DNA of 64,000 bases from Candidatus Poribacteria bacterium (GCA_965215265.1 OZ244048.1:64001-128000), one strand, 5' to 3'; shown: positions 52,155-62,690, counted from the stretch's first letter. Numbers and translations: made by a program. Notes: generated by a model from the letters alone, not told the origin.

Positions 52155-52769
52155 ATGGCACAGCGTGGATTTTTCATTACGGTTGAAGGTATAGAAGGTG
52201 CAGGCAAAACAACGCAGGTAAACCACTTGGAGGCAGTTCTGCGGGGAAATGTTATTGTTACTCGCGAACCCGGCGGCACACTCATTTCGGAACGCATTCG
52301 CGATGTTTTTATGAATTCGGAGGGTATAACTGCAACAACCGAGTTGTTGTTGATTGCCGCTGCACGCGCACAACACGTTGCCGAACTCATACGCCCCGCA
52401 CTTGAAGGAAGCCAGATTGTCATCTGTGACAGGTTCATTGATGCAACTATCGCTTATCAAGGCTATCGGGCGGGTATGGATATCACACTCATCAATCACT
52501 TAAATCAGATTGCCACAGGTGGTATCCTTCCAGACCTTACGTTTATACTCGATCTTGCCCCAGAGATTGGGCTGCAACGGCACTATCAGATGCACGACCG
52601 GTTCCACAAGGAGCCGTTAGAATCCCACCGCAAAGTGCGAGAAGGGTATCTGGCAATCGCGAGAGCAGAACCGCATCGAGTTAAAGTGATAGATGCAGCA
52701 GTTTGTCCGGATGCTGTACACGCCGCGCTCCTCGCTGAGTGTAAGAAACGCGGAATACTCTCTGTTTGA
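52155..52769 (+). CDS. tmk: Thymidylate kinase
   Basis: EGIEGAGKTTQ, TREPGG, DRFIDAT.AYQG. Confidence 0.96.
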   Translation: MAQRGFFITVEGIEGAGKTTQVNHLEAVLRGNVIVTREPGGTLISERIRDVFMNSEGITATTELLLIAAARAQHVAELIRPALEGSQIVICDRFIDATIAYQGYRAGMDITLINHLNQIATGGILPDLTFILDLAPEIGLQRHYQMHDRFHKEPLESHRKVREGYLAIARAEPHRVKVIDAAVCPDAVHAALLAECKKRGILSV

Positions 52770-52811
52770 GGATAGAGGCTCCCTATGTAGGAACACGGAC
52801 GAGGATAGAAA

Positions 52812-53804
52812 ATGAAAGGTACAATCATTGGGCATCAGCAAATTGTTGAACAACTCCGGTGTACCGTTGCATCCGGTAGGATTGCTGGCGCGTATCTCTT
52901 TGTCGGACCGCCGGGCGTTGGAAAAGAGACGGTGGCGACTTATTTCGCACGTTTAATCTTTTGCCACCGAAATAACGAGGCCGATGCCGTTTGCGAATTT
53001 TCCAGTAGCAGTTCGCAGAATTTACAAGATTGCCTCGCTTGTCGAAAGGTGGCATCCGGCAATCACCCAGATCTTCGATTTATTCGGCCAACCGGAAACC
53101 AGTTGAAGATAGCCCAAATTCGGGAATTACAAAAACAGATTATCTATGAGCCCCTTGAGGCTAGTAGGAAGGTTTACATTTTGACAGACGCGGAGCGGAT
53201 GAATATAGAGGCAGAAAACTGCCTACTCAAGACCTTAGAAGAACCGCCTGCCTCATCCGTTTTAATCCTACTCACTTCAAACCTAGAATCCTTGCTGCCG
53301 ACGACCCGCTCACGATGTCAGATTCTCCAATTTCATCCGATGCAGACTGAAGCATTGGCACAAGTGTTGATGAGGAGATTTGCTGTTGAGGGACCACGGG
53401 CCACCTCAATCGCGATTGCAGCGAAGGGAGCTATCGGAAAAGCACTCACACAACTTGAAAAAGGGCAGGTACGCACGCACGAAGTACCGGAGATCCTGAA
53501 GGAAACAGACCTGTTAGCCGCTTTTAGATTCGCTGAACAATTCAAGAATGAACCAGAAAATTTAGCCGAACTGATTACGTGGTATCGCGACCTGTTATTT
53601 TTACATCAGGGTGCGCCGAAGGAGCTCATAACCCACCTGCAGTCGATTGAGGAACTCAGCACGCTTCTGCCCCGATATTCGCGATTGCGCATCCAGCAAG
53701 CTATCCAGACTGTGTTTTACACCAAGGCACTTATTGAGAACACCAACACAAACGCAACATTGGCCTTGGAGGTCATGTGTCTAAAATTATTAAAACAGCC
53801 TTGA
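52812..53804 (+). CDS. holB: DNA polymerase III subunit delta'
   Basis: AYLFVGPPGVGK, HPDL, NCLLKTLEEPP, LLPTTRSRC; follows tmk. Confidence 0.93.
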   Translation: MKGTIIGHQQIVEQLRCTVASGRIAGAYLFVGPPGVGKETVATYFARLIFCHRNNEADAVCEFSSSSSQNLQDCLACRKVASGNHPDLRFIRPTGNQLKIAQIRELQKQIIYEPLEASRKVYILTDAERMNIEAENCLLKTLEEPPASSVLILLTSNLESLLPTTRSRCQILQFHPMQTEALAQVLMRRFAVEGPRATSIAIAAKGAIGKALTQLEKGQVRTHEVPEILKETDLLAAFRFAEQFKNEPENLAELITWYRDLLFLHQGAPKELITHLQSIEELSTLLPRYSRLRIQQAIQTVFYTKALIENTNTNATLALEVMCLKLLKQP

Positions 53805-53817
53805 CACCTTAACTCAC

Positions 53818-53846
53818 TTGACAAATAGCATTTTTTATGTTAAAAT
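53818..53846 (+). promoter_or_regulatory. Sigma70-type promoter ahead of the repeat-rich metG leader
   Basis: TTGACA-N17-TAAAAT with extended TG. Confidence 0.6.
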
Positions 53847-54282
53847 TTTTGTCTACTGCAGCCCCTACAAAGGCAGCTGCAATATTTACCCGTTTGCAAA
53901 TCTCGTCTGAGCCATTTTATACTATGCCGCCTAAACAGAGAGAGACTCCGACGAGATTTACACACGAGTACTCACGACATAAACGTTGACGGTACGGAGA
54001 TATACGAAATACGCTTTTTTGTCTACTGCAGCCCCATGAAAGTTGCTGTAATGTTCAATCCACTATAAATCTCGCCAGAGGGTTCTGATGTTTAGATTTT
54101 TAAAGACATAACCTAAGGAATCTCCGACGAGATTTACACACGAGTACTCACGACATAAACGTTGACGGTACGGAGATATACGAAATACGAGATTTACACA
54201 CGAACTCTCAAAGCAGAGGCGTTGATGGTACCGAGATATACGAAAAAGCAGAGGCGTTGATGGTACCGAGATATACGAAAAA
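53846..54282 (+). repeat. Tandem cluster of the structured leader repeat: two full and two partial units
   Basis: Exact 68-bp duplication (53946-54013 = 54122-54189); GCAGAGGCGTTGATGGTACCGAGATATACGAAAAA twice. Confidence 0.9.
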
Positions 54283-54291
54283 GGAAAACCG

Positions 54292-56196
54292 ATGGACGCA
54301 TTTTACGTCACTACCCCCATCTACTACGTCAACGGCGAACCGCATGCCGGACACGCCTATACTACGATAGCTGCTGATGTCTTAGCCCGTTACCATCGCC
54401 TCAAAGGCAATGCTGTCTGCTTCCTCACAGGTGTTGATGAGCACGGGGCAAATATTCAGAAAGCCGCAGAGCAGGAGGGGCTTGAACCGCAAGCATATTG
54501 CGATAAGATGGCACCCACGTTTGAAAAACTCTGGAAGCAGTTGAATATTTCCAATGACATTTTTATGCGGACAACAAGCCAGATGCACAAACGCGGTGTC
54601 TCTAAATTCATCAACGCTCTCTATGAAACTGGCGATATCTATAAGGATAAATATCAAGGGTACTACTGTCGGCCCTGCGAACAGTTTTTTACTGAGAAGG
54701 AGCTGAATGCTGAGAAAGTCTGTCTGATTCATAAATTGCCGTTAGAATGGGTGGAGGAAGAGAATTATTTTTTCGCACTCTCCAAATATCAAAAGCAATT
54801 AATAGACCATTTCCACGCGAATCCGGATTTTATTTATCCGCCAAGTCGACGCAACGAACTATTGAGTGTTTTGGAATCTGGATTAGAAGATACCTGCATC
54901 TCTCGTGCCTCGGTTTCGTGGGGCATTCCGTTGCCGTTCGCTCCGGAATATATCTCTTATGTCTGGATAGAAGCATTGAGCAACTATATGACTGCCCTCG
55001 GCTATGAAACAGAGAGTGAGCAGTATCGTACTTTTTGGCCTGCTGATGTTCATATGATGGCGAAGGACATCATCCGCTTTCACGCGCTCCTCTGGCCAGC
55101 GATGCTGATGGCTGTGAAACTGCCGCTCCCGAAGCATATCGTCGCTCATGGATGGTTAACAAAAGATGGCGAGGCACTCAGTAAAACGCGAGGCATCGTG
55201 ATTGATATGGAGATGGACATCAAAAAATATGGGTTAGATGCCTTCCGTTACTATCTCTTGCGAGAGTTTAGCTTCGGGAACGATGGTGATTACCGCCCGG
55301 GCCGCTTACACGCCCGTTACAATGCAGATCTTGCTAACGACCTTGGTAATCTGCTCAATAGAGTGCTCGGACTCGTCAATAAAAATTTCCAACACGTTCC
55401 GGAGCCGACTGACCCGGGTGAATTTGACAGTGAAATCAGAGCGATGGCGCACGGAACAGTGGAAAACCTTGACGTTTTAATCCGAGAATTTGCTTTCGAT
55501 AGAGCCTTGGAGACAATCTGGGAGTTTGTCCGACGTATCAACCGATATATTCAACAGACACAAGTTTGGACACTCGCTAAACCTGATACAAAATCGAGAA
55601 TGGGGACTATCCTATACAATAGTCTTGAGGCACTACGTATTATCTCGGTGCTCATTTCGCCATTTATGCCAGATACCGCGCAGCGGATGCGACGACAACT
55701 GGGCTTAGATGCCTCCTTGGAATCTAACACAGACAGCCTTCAATCTTGTCAAGAATGGGGTGGATTACCATCAGGGTTAATTGTCAGTAGAGGCGAACCG
55801 ATTTTTCCGCGCGTTGATACAAAGCAGCCCAAGCAAAAAAAGGTATCGGAACAGAGCACGGGGGTTGTCTCTCAGGACCTTATCACATTTTCCGATTTCC
55901 AAAAACTGGATTTACGCGCCGCCAAGGTGATTGCTGCCGAACGCATTGAAGGTGCCGACAAACTCTTGAAATTACAAGTCGATTTGGGTTCCGTTTCTCG
56001 GCAGATAGTCGCTGGCATCGCCGAACATTATACACCTGAAACTGTAATTGGAAAACAGGTGATTGTAGTGGCGAATTTAGAACCTGCGACGATTCGTAGC
56101 GTTAAATCAGAGGGCATGCTGCTCGCAGCGAGTGGTGATTCAGTCGTTTTGGCAACGCTTGAAACAGAGGTCTCCCCCGGTTCGCAAATTCGTTAA
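54292..56196 (+). CDS. metG: Methionine--tRNA ligase
   Basis: YVTTPIYYVNGEPHAGH, LTGVDEHG, LSKT (KMSKS-like), C-terminal tRNA-binding OB domain. Confidence 0.97.
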   Translation: MDAFYVTTPIYYVNGEPHAGHAYTTIAADVLARYHRLKGNAVCFLTGVDEHGANIQKAAEQEGLEPQAYCDKMAPTFEKLWKQLNISNDIFMRTTSQMHKRGVSKFINALYETGDIYKDKYQGYYCRPCEQFFTEKELNAEKVCLIHKLPLEWVEEENYFFALSKYQKQLIDHFHANPDFIYPPSRRNELLSVLESGLEDTCISRASVSWGIPLPFAPEYISYVWIEALSNYMTALGYETESEQYRTFWPADVHMMAKDIIRFHALLWPAMLMAVKLPLPKHIVAHGWLTKDGEALSKTRGIVIDMEMDIKKYGLDAFRYYLLREFSFGNDGDYRPGRLHARYNADLANDLGNLLNRVLGLVNKNFQHVPEPTDPGEFDSEIRAMAHGTVENLDVLIREFAFDRALETIWEFVRRINRYIQQTQVWTLAKPDTKSRMGTILYNSLEALRIISVLISPFMPDTAQRMRRQLGLDASLESNTDSLQSCQEWGGLPSGLIVSRGEPIFPRVDTKQPKQKKVSEQSTGVVSQDLITFSDFQKLDLRAAKVIAAERIEGADKLLKLQVDLGSVSRQIVAGIAEHYTPETVIGKQVIVVANLEPATIRSVKSEGMLLAASGDSVVLATLETEVSPGSQIR

Positions 56197-56362
56197 TTCT
56201 GTTTCGCAGATGGGAGCGGTAAAGCCAATTGGCCACGGAATTGCACGTGTCCATCGCGTCCAAGATACTGTCATTAAGACTCACTGTTGGAATGCCGGAA
56301 TGGCATTCCACTTCGATTTAAGCACTTTGCAGTATTCCGCTGATGATACATTGAGAAGACAG

Positions 56363-59344
56363 ATGGCAAACATTGAAGACATCCTCAAAACCCGTATTCA
56401 GAACAACAATGCCGAAACCTTCGTTGTACTCGTTCCTACCAATTCCGCACGTCTGAAACGGCAACGTGAGTTGCTCGCATATCATCCGAACAAGGCTGTT
56501 GCGAATTTACATGTGGAGACGCTAGAGAAGTTTGTGCAAAAACTCTACGCGCAACTACGTCCAACTGATAGGCCGAATCGGATTTCACCCGGCATGCAAA
56601 CCTTATGGCTACGAAAGCTTGTCGATAGGCTGCGGCCAGAAACCTTCCAGCCCATGGAGGGAGTTAAGGTACCCGATAGTACACTCTCGCTCATTGTTAG
56701 TACAATTAACTCTCTCAGTGAGCATAGCGCGACTAATGTCGAATGGGCACAATTCAGCACGCCAAATACCCCAATTTTAGAAACGCTCGCTGAGATTTAT
56801 GCTTCGTATCAAAAAGAGATGGGTAACGAATGGGTCGATGATGCCGGAATGCACCATTTTCTTGCATCACAGTTTCAACAAAGACTGATGAGGAAAGCGT
56901 TCCCGCATGTCACTCTTGTTGTTGTTGAGGATTTTGATGTCCTTTCCAAAGCCTCTATCGCTCTTTTAAAACAAATTGCTGAAATGCCAAATATGCAACT
57001 CTGCATCCGTTCGGACTACTCTAACGAAAACCGTGCGCTGTTTGGACATATTCAGAAGCTTTTTGACGAACTCAGCAGTCCCAACATTGCAATTCGTGAG
57101 TTTCCTTCCCAACACTCCGAACGAAACCGGCATTTTGCCGACAACTTATTTCGTACGGGGGAACCGGATGCCGAACGATGGAACGCAGAAGAGCAAATTA
57201 AATTGGTGAAACCCGTCGACCGGAGAGACGAAGTAGAACTGATTGCACAACTGATTCGACAGCGAGTGGCAACGGGAGCGTGTGAACTCAGTGACATCTG
57301 TGTAACGTATCACGATTTACGTTCTTATTTACAACAGATCTCGGAAATCTTTCCCGAGTATGGTATTCCGTATTCTGTGTTAGAGGGAATTCCGCTTGTG
57401 CATTCTCCATTGGTGAAGGCGATTTTTTCTCAGCTTAAAGGAGGTACATCACCAACAGCGTCGCCCTATTTTTCTACTACTTCCTTGGCTAATGAAATAT
57501 CTAGAGAAGAACAGATAGCACCAGAGGCCTTTAAAACCTATTTTGCGGAATTTCTTAGAGAGCGGGAGGTTCTCTGCAACATTTTAAATTTATCCGGAAG
57601 TTCGCATTCGCAAGCGCGGATTGCAACGGATTCGGAAATACACGCGTATAACGAACTCAACGCGCGCGTTTCAGAACTATGCGATTCTCTGGATGAGCAA
57701 CGGTACCGCTATAAAGACTACATAGAGTGGCTTCGGCTGATAGTGATGCATACGACGTATCAAATCCCAGAAACGGACGGCGGTGTTCGAATCCTTCGAT
57801 TATCCCAACTCCGGAGCCTGGAATTTGACACGGTCATCCTGGGTGATTTGATAGACGGAAAATTCCCGGAGAGTTTCCGCCCGGATGCATTGCTGCCTCA
57901 GGCCTATGCACGAAACGAGACAGATTTGCTCTGCCAGAACCGTTTTCTGTTTTATACCGTTCTCAAAACTTTCCGAAAACGGCTTTATCTGATGAGCCCA
58001 CAACGTGAAAATGAAACACTTCTTATCCCCTCCCCATTTCTCGCACAATTGGAGCAGGTTGCTAAAATTGACACGGAAGTGGTTGAAAATATGGGGGAAT
58101 TTAGCCAAAGCAGCTTCCTGCGGAAATATGGCCAATATCTCTGGGATTGCGAGGAACCGGGCACCCTATATAGCCGGGAAGCTGCAGACACCTTAGGAGA
58201 TAATGTGTTTCAAAATTTACAAGAATGTTGTTCACTGATCGACCACGTTGTCACTGTCGAAAAAAGCCGGGAGAAGACTCATAATCGTTTAGCTTACGAA
58301 GGCATATTAACTGCTGGTCCACTTTCTGTCGAAAGTAGCGCGCAATTGAGAAGGCGGTGCGATGAAACCTATTCCATAACCAAACTAGAAAAATACGCAG
58401 CGTGCCCTTTTCAGTTTTTTGCTGACGATGTACTGACTTTCCGCAAAAAAGAAGAGGTACTAGAAGAAGAGGGCTTGTCTGCTCTAGAAAGAGGGGATTT
58501 AGTTCATCAGATTCTCTCTGAATTCCATCGCAACCGCCCGAGCAGTGCACGGTTAGCACAATGCAGCCCGTCTGAAATTCAAGAAGCAAAAGCACAACTA
58601 CGTGAAATTATAGATAAACAACTAAGCAACAGCGAATCGGATAACCTCTTACGCGAGATTGATGAGACACTACTGAGAACTGCTCTCCGCAAGTGGTTTG
58701 AGGCAGAACAGAAGTCAGATGTGAACATGCACCCATCCTACTTTGAAGTTGACATAGATTATCAAAATTCGCTTCAGATCGATGACGTACGGCTGAAGGC
58801 AAAAATTGATAGGATTGATGTCGGAGACACCGTTTTTAATGTGATTGATTATAAAACAGGGAATACAATTCCGAAAATGCCAGATATACTTGAAGGACGT
58901 GCACTTCAACTCCCGCTCTACATTAAGATGGCGCAGCAACAGCAAAATGGAAAGTCCATTCCTGCAGCAGGACTGTATTACAAAATCAGATTTGACGGAT
59001 GCAAAGTTGAACTGGGCATAGGAAAAGAGACTTACAAGAAAGTAGCTTACAAAACATATAACGGTGAAACTTGGAAATCCATAACTAGCAAGCAGATGGT
59101 CTCCGAAGAGGAATTTGACAATGTCATCGAACGCGTGAGCGGGTATGTCCGGCAGTATGTAGACGCAATTGGCCGTGGTAAGTTTCCGCTCATCACACAA
59201 GTTAAGGAGTTTGTCGATTCAGTGGAGGATGGCGATGCTCCGTTGACTCCGCGTAATTTGACTGCACCTTGCAGCTACTGTTCATATAAGAAGATGTGCC
59301 GTGTGGGAGCTATGTCTAAAAGCAGTTCCGTTGAAACTTCGTAG
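56363..59344 (+). CDS. AddB/RexB-like PD-(D/E)XK nuclease with Fe-S staple cysteines
   Basis: SITKLEKYAACPFQFF, RGDLVH, KIDRID, IDYKTG, QLPLY, CSYCSYKKMC; degenerate N-terminal helicase fold. Confidence 0.85.
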   Translation: MANIEDILKTRIQNNNAETFVVLVPTNSARLKRQRELLAYHPNKAVANLHVETLEKFVQKLYAQLRPTDRPNRISPGMQTLWLRKLVDRLRPETFQPMEGVKVPDSTLSLIVSTINSLSEHSATNVEWAQFSTPNTPILETLAEIYASYQKEMGNEWVDDAGMHHFLASQFQQRLMRKAFPHVTLVVVEDFDVLSKASIALLKQIAEMPNMQLCIRSDYSNENRALFGHIQKLFDELSSPNIAIREFPSQHSERNRHFADNLFRTGEPDAERWNAEEQIKLVKPVDRRDEVELIAQLIRQRVATGACELSDICVTYHDLRSYLQQISEIFPEYGIPYSVLEGIPLVHSPLVKAIFSQLKGGTSPTASPYFSTTSLANEISREEQIAPEAFKTYFAEFLREREVLCNILNLSGSSHSQARIATDSEIHAYNELNARVSELCDSLDEQRYRYKDYIEWLRLIVMHTTYQIPETDGGVRILRLSQLRSLEFDTVILGDLIDGKFPESFRPDALLPQAYARNETDLLCQNRFLFYTVLKTFRKRLYLMSPQRENETLLIPSPFLAQLEQVAKIDTEVVENMGEFSQSSFLRKYGQYLWDCEEPGTLYSREAADTLGDNVFQNLQECCSLIDHVVTVEKSREKTHNRLAYEGILTAGPLSVESSAQLRRRCDETYSITKLEKYAACPFQFFADDVLTFRKKEEVLEEEGLSALERGDLVHQILSEFHRNRPSSARLAQCSPSEIQEAKAQLREIIDKQLSNSESDNLLREIDETLLRTALRKWFEAEQKSDVNMHPSYFEVDIDYQNSLQIDDVRLKAKIDRIDVGDTVFNVIDYKTGNTIPKMPDILEGRALQLPLYIKMAQQQQNGKSIPAAGLYYKIRFDGCKVELGIGKETYKKVAYKTYNGETWKSITSKQMVSEEEFDNVIERVSGYVRQYVDAIGRGKFPLITQVKEFVDSVEDGDAPLTPRNLTAPCSYCSYKKMCRVGAMSKSSSVETS

Positions 59345-59390
59345 CGTCGATTCACCCGTGTCTCGCTCCTACGCCTGAAAATGGTTTTCT

Positions 59391-59460
59391 TTTTTTGTCT
59401 ATTTCAGCCCCATCAAGGGTTATGTATTGTTAAATTCGATGTACATCTCGTCGGAGGTTA
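59391..59460 (+). repeat. Partial copy of the structured leader repeat
   Basis: TTTTTTGTCTA..CAGCCCCAT and TGTACATCTCGTCGGAGGTT. Confidence 0.6.
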
Positions 59461-59624
59461 GGTATTCTTTGTCTGTCCATGAGACAAGATAACCTTATAC
59501 CTGCCATCTATAGATCGGAGGTTAACTCGGTATAGTTTTTTTTAATCAAAACCTAATCCAATTAAGACTAAAATTGCTAAATGTACTGAGCTTATGATAG
59601 AATAGTGGTATATAGGAGGACGCG

Positions 59625-60752
59625 ATGAGAATTGATAAAATCGAATCATTTTTTATAGGAAATGGTTATGTAATTCGTATCTATACCGATACCGGTATCA
59701 GTGGCATAGGACAGACGGCTTGCTGGGGGTACCCAGAGGCGGTTGAAAAAATTGTGAATACCTTTGAGCAATATCTCATCGGGCAGAATCCATTACGGAT
59801 AGAACATCATTGGCAGTATCTGTACAGGATGGGCCCGTTTAGAGGCACCGCGCTGAGCGGGGCAATAAGTGCAGTGGACATTGCTTTATGGGATATCAAG
59901 GGCAAACATTTCGGCGTGCCGAGTTGGGAGTTGTTAGGCGGGAACTGCCGGGATAAAATTCGATTGCACCTCCTCGGTGGCGGAAGTACGCCTGAGGCGA
60001 TGTTTCAGGCTGCAAAAGCAGCGGTGGAAGAAGGCTTTACTGCACTGAAGTTTGACCCGTTAGTCGGGGGTTTTCAGGATATGGCAGTTGATAGGCTCGT
60101 CAAAACAGCCCGGGATCTTGTTGCTGCAGCGCGCGAAGGCGGGGGCCCCGACTTAGACCTGATTGTTGAAGTACACCGGAAGCTTACACCGATGAATAGC
60201 ATCGTGTTGGAATCGGCATTGGCCCCCTTCAATCTCTATTTCATTGAAGACCCGATTCAGATTGATACAATTACGACGCAAGCGCAATTAGCAAAGCGGA
60301 TGACTAGCCCCGTCGGGAACGGCGAACGGTTAACGACAATCTGGGAATTCCGTGAACTACTGGAAGCTGGCGGTCCGCAGTACGTACGCCCCGATCTCGG
60401 TTTGGCGGGGGGATTAACGCATTGCAAGAAGATTGCCGCTATTGCTGAAGCCTACCACAGTGCGGTGGTTACGCATAATTTCCTTGGTCCACTTATTACT
60501 GCCGCGTCGCTTCACTTAGATGCGAGCATCCCTAATTTCATCACCCAGGAGTACACCAAGGCGGATGAATCGCAAGACTACGCTGTCTATAAAGTCGCCT
60601 ATCAGCGGCAAGGTGGATACATTCCGATTCCAGAAGCACCAGGGTTAGGTGTCGAACTTGATGATAGTTTAATTCGGCAGACTCCTTACCGCCCTATGAA
60701 CACTGCCACTACGCCGCTAAGAGAAGATGGTTCTGTCGCTTATGCAGTATGA
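59625..60752 (+). CDS. Mandelate racemase / galactonate dehydratase-like enolase
   Basis: SAVDIALWDIKGK, GFTALKFD, FIEDP, GER, PEAPGLGVEL. Confidence 0.92.
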   Translation: MRIDKIESFFIGNGYVIRIYTDTGISGIGQTACWGYPEAVEKIVNTFEQYLIGQNPLRIEHHWQYLYRMGPFRGTALSGAISAVDIALWDIKGKHFGVPSWELLGGNCRDKIRLHLLGGGSTPEAMFQAAKAAVEEGFTALKFDPLVGGFQDMAVDRLVKTARDLVAAAREGGGPDLDLIVEVHRKLTPMNSIVLESALAPFNLYFIEDPIQIDTITTQAQLAKRMTSPVGNGERLTTIWEFRELLEAGGPQYVRPDLGLAGGLTHCKKIAAIAEAYHSAVVTHNFLGPLITAASLHLDASIPNFITQEYTKADESQDYAVYKVAYQRQGGYIPIPEAPGLGVELDDSLIRQTPYRPMNTATTPLREDGSVAYAV

Positions 60753-60822
60753 GGGCTGGATGCATCCCGGAGGACCTGGTAGATTGAGGCAGTGGATTCG
60801 CAAAATATAACGGAGAGGAAAG

Positions 60823-61623
60823 ATGAATGCCGATGAAAAATATCTGTTTGACCTAAACGGTTATCTGGTCATTGAAAATGTCCTAACGCCTGATGAGGTT
60901 GCATTAGCCAATGCAGCTATTGATAAGCATAAGGTTCAAGAGCGGGTACGTCCCCGCGATCAGACGCTTGATGGCGGTTCACCTCAATTGAAAGGCGTAC
61001 AAGGACGTGGTGAATTGGGGGGTATGCTCCATTGGGAAGAGCCGTGGTGCCTGCCTTTCCGGGATATGCTTGCGCATCCCAAGATTATCCCATATCTCAA
61101 CGTCATATTAGGAACGGGTTTCCGCATGGACCATCAAATGTTCCTGATTTCTATGGATAAAGGGGCGGAAGGCTTTATTTTTCATGGTTCGTCGGGCCCC
61201 GGCTTTGATCCGAATCAGTACTACATTTTTCGCGATGGACGGATGCACAACGGATTGACGGTTGTCACATTTCAACTAACCGATGTCCCGCCGGGTGCAG
61301 GCGGATTAATCGTCATCCCCGGCAGCCACAAAAGCAACTATCCTTGTCCGAAAGAGATGCGCTTGTACCAGAAGTACCAAGAGCATATTCGCCACGTGGT
61401 TTGCCAGGCTGGGGATGTGGTGATTTTCACAGAGGCAGTCACTCACGGAACGCTCCCGTGGAGCGTTGAGCATCCGCGTCGCTCGATTTTAACACGCTAC
61501 ACAGCCGGCAATATGGCATACGTCCCTGCTTATCCGGTCCCGGAGTGGGCAAACGAACGTCAGAGAGCTGTCATGGAACCGCCGTATCATTCCCGATTAA
61601 ATCGTCCGGTATTAGAGAAGTAG
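60823..61623 (+). CDS. Phytanoyl-CoA dioxygenase (PhyH) family protein
   Basis: FDLNGYLVIENVL, IPGSHK, AGDVVIF...THG. Confidence 0.9.
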   Translation: MNADEKYLFDLNGYLVIENVLTPDEVALANAAIDKHKVQERVRPRDQTLDGGSPQLKGVQGRGELGGMLHWEEPWCLPFRDMLAHPKIIPYLNVILGTGFRMDHQMFLISMDKGAEGFIFHGSSGPGFDPNQYYIFRDGRMHNGLTVVTFQLTDVPPGAGGLIVIPGSHKSNYPCPKEMRLYQKYQEHIRHVVCQAGDVVIFTEAVTHGTLPWSVEHPRRSILTRYTAGNMAYVPAYPVPEWANERQRAVMEPPYHSRLNRPVLEK

Positions 61624-61652
61624 ATTAAAGTGATACGAAAGGAATATCTGAT

Positions 61653-62690
61653 ATGTCCACTTCAATGAGCACTTTACTCGGAATCGTATTCCTTGTCCTT
61701 GCCAACGTCTCCGTTTTTTTGATGTTTAAATTGTGGGGCTACCCATTTGACAAAGAGACTCGTACGAGCGCGGCTCCACCCCGTCTGATGCTTCTGCATC
61801 GGGTCATCGGTTATGCATATACCGTTCTCTATATATTTATGATGTGGCAGATGGTTCCGCGCTTGTGGAATTACCAAGTCGAATTGCCGCCGCGCACGGT
61901 TGCCCATCTGATGCTCGGCATTACTATCGGTGTCCTGATTCTTGTCAAGCTTGCAATCTTGCGGTTTTTCAGGCATTTTGAGGAATCGATGCCTTACATC
62001 GGCACCCTCCTGCTACTCTGTACTTATCTATTGATAGGCTTGTCGGTGCCTTTCACATTCCGGGAAGCAGCACTCCGTACCCAGACTGGTGCATTTAGTG
62101 AAGCAGGTATTGCTCGTACACACCGTTTGCTTGAAACCGCCGGCTTACCTGCTGATGCCCCGCTAACCCAGATTGCGTCAAAGCGTGGGTTGCGAGCTGG
62201 GCAAAAGGTACTTCAAACGAAGTGCGTTGTCTGTCACGATTTACGAACCATTCTGGCTAGGCCGTATACGCCGCCCAATTGGGTCCGTCTTGTCAACCGC
62301 ATGGCGATGAAACCTATTATTGGGGAGCCCATTCATCGGGAAGAGGAGTGGAACGTCGCCGCCTATCTCATCGCGATTACACCGGATATCCAAACATCAG
62401 TGAGGGAGCAGCGGCAACAACAGATGCAGGCAGATGAAGCAAAGGCGGCACTACAAATCGCCCGCGGTACGCAGGTAACTGATACCTATGACGCTGCTGA
62501 AGCCGAAGAACTCTTCTTGGATAAATGTTCGCAATGTCATCCAATCACAGATGTTGAAGACTATCCACCGCGGTCTGCTGCAGAAACCACCGTGCTGATT
62601 ACGCGGATGATAGAACACGGGCTCTATCTTGAAGAGTCGGAAATCCCTGTGATTACGCGTTATATTAATGAAAATTATCTGGCACCGTAA
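61653..62690 (+). CDS. Membrane-bound diheme cytochrome c
   Basis: Four TM segments with His (LLHR, VAHL); two CXXCH motifs (CVVCH, CSQCH). Confidence 0.8.
   Translation: MSTSMSTLLGIVFLVLANVSVFLMFKLWGYPFDKETRTSAAPPRLMLLHRVIGYAYTVLYIFMMWQMVPRLWNYQVELPPRTVAHLMLGITIGVLILVKLAILRFFRHFEESMPYIGTLLLLCTYLLIGLSVPFTFREAALRTQTGAFSEAGIARTHRLLETAGLPADAPLTQIASKRGLRAGQKVLQTKCVVCHDLRTILARPYTPPNWVRLVNRMAMKPIIGEPIHREEEWNVAAYLIAITPDIQTSVREQRQQQMQADEAKAALQIARGTQVTDTYDAAEAEELFLDKCSQCHPITDVEDYPPRSAAETTVLITRMIEHGLYLEESEIPVITRYINENYLAP

Noticed and set aside
53846-54282. CRISPR array, or T-box/SAM riboswitch, before metG
   Set aside because: No constant repeat with unique spacers of regular length, no cas genes, and no recognisable T-box or SAM consensus. 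Copies also precede unrelated genes.
56132-56362. N-terminal extension of the AddB-like ORF overlapping metG (similarly the thiC and recJ extensions)
   Set aside because: ORF-finder overextension; better-supported downstream starts exist
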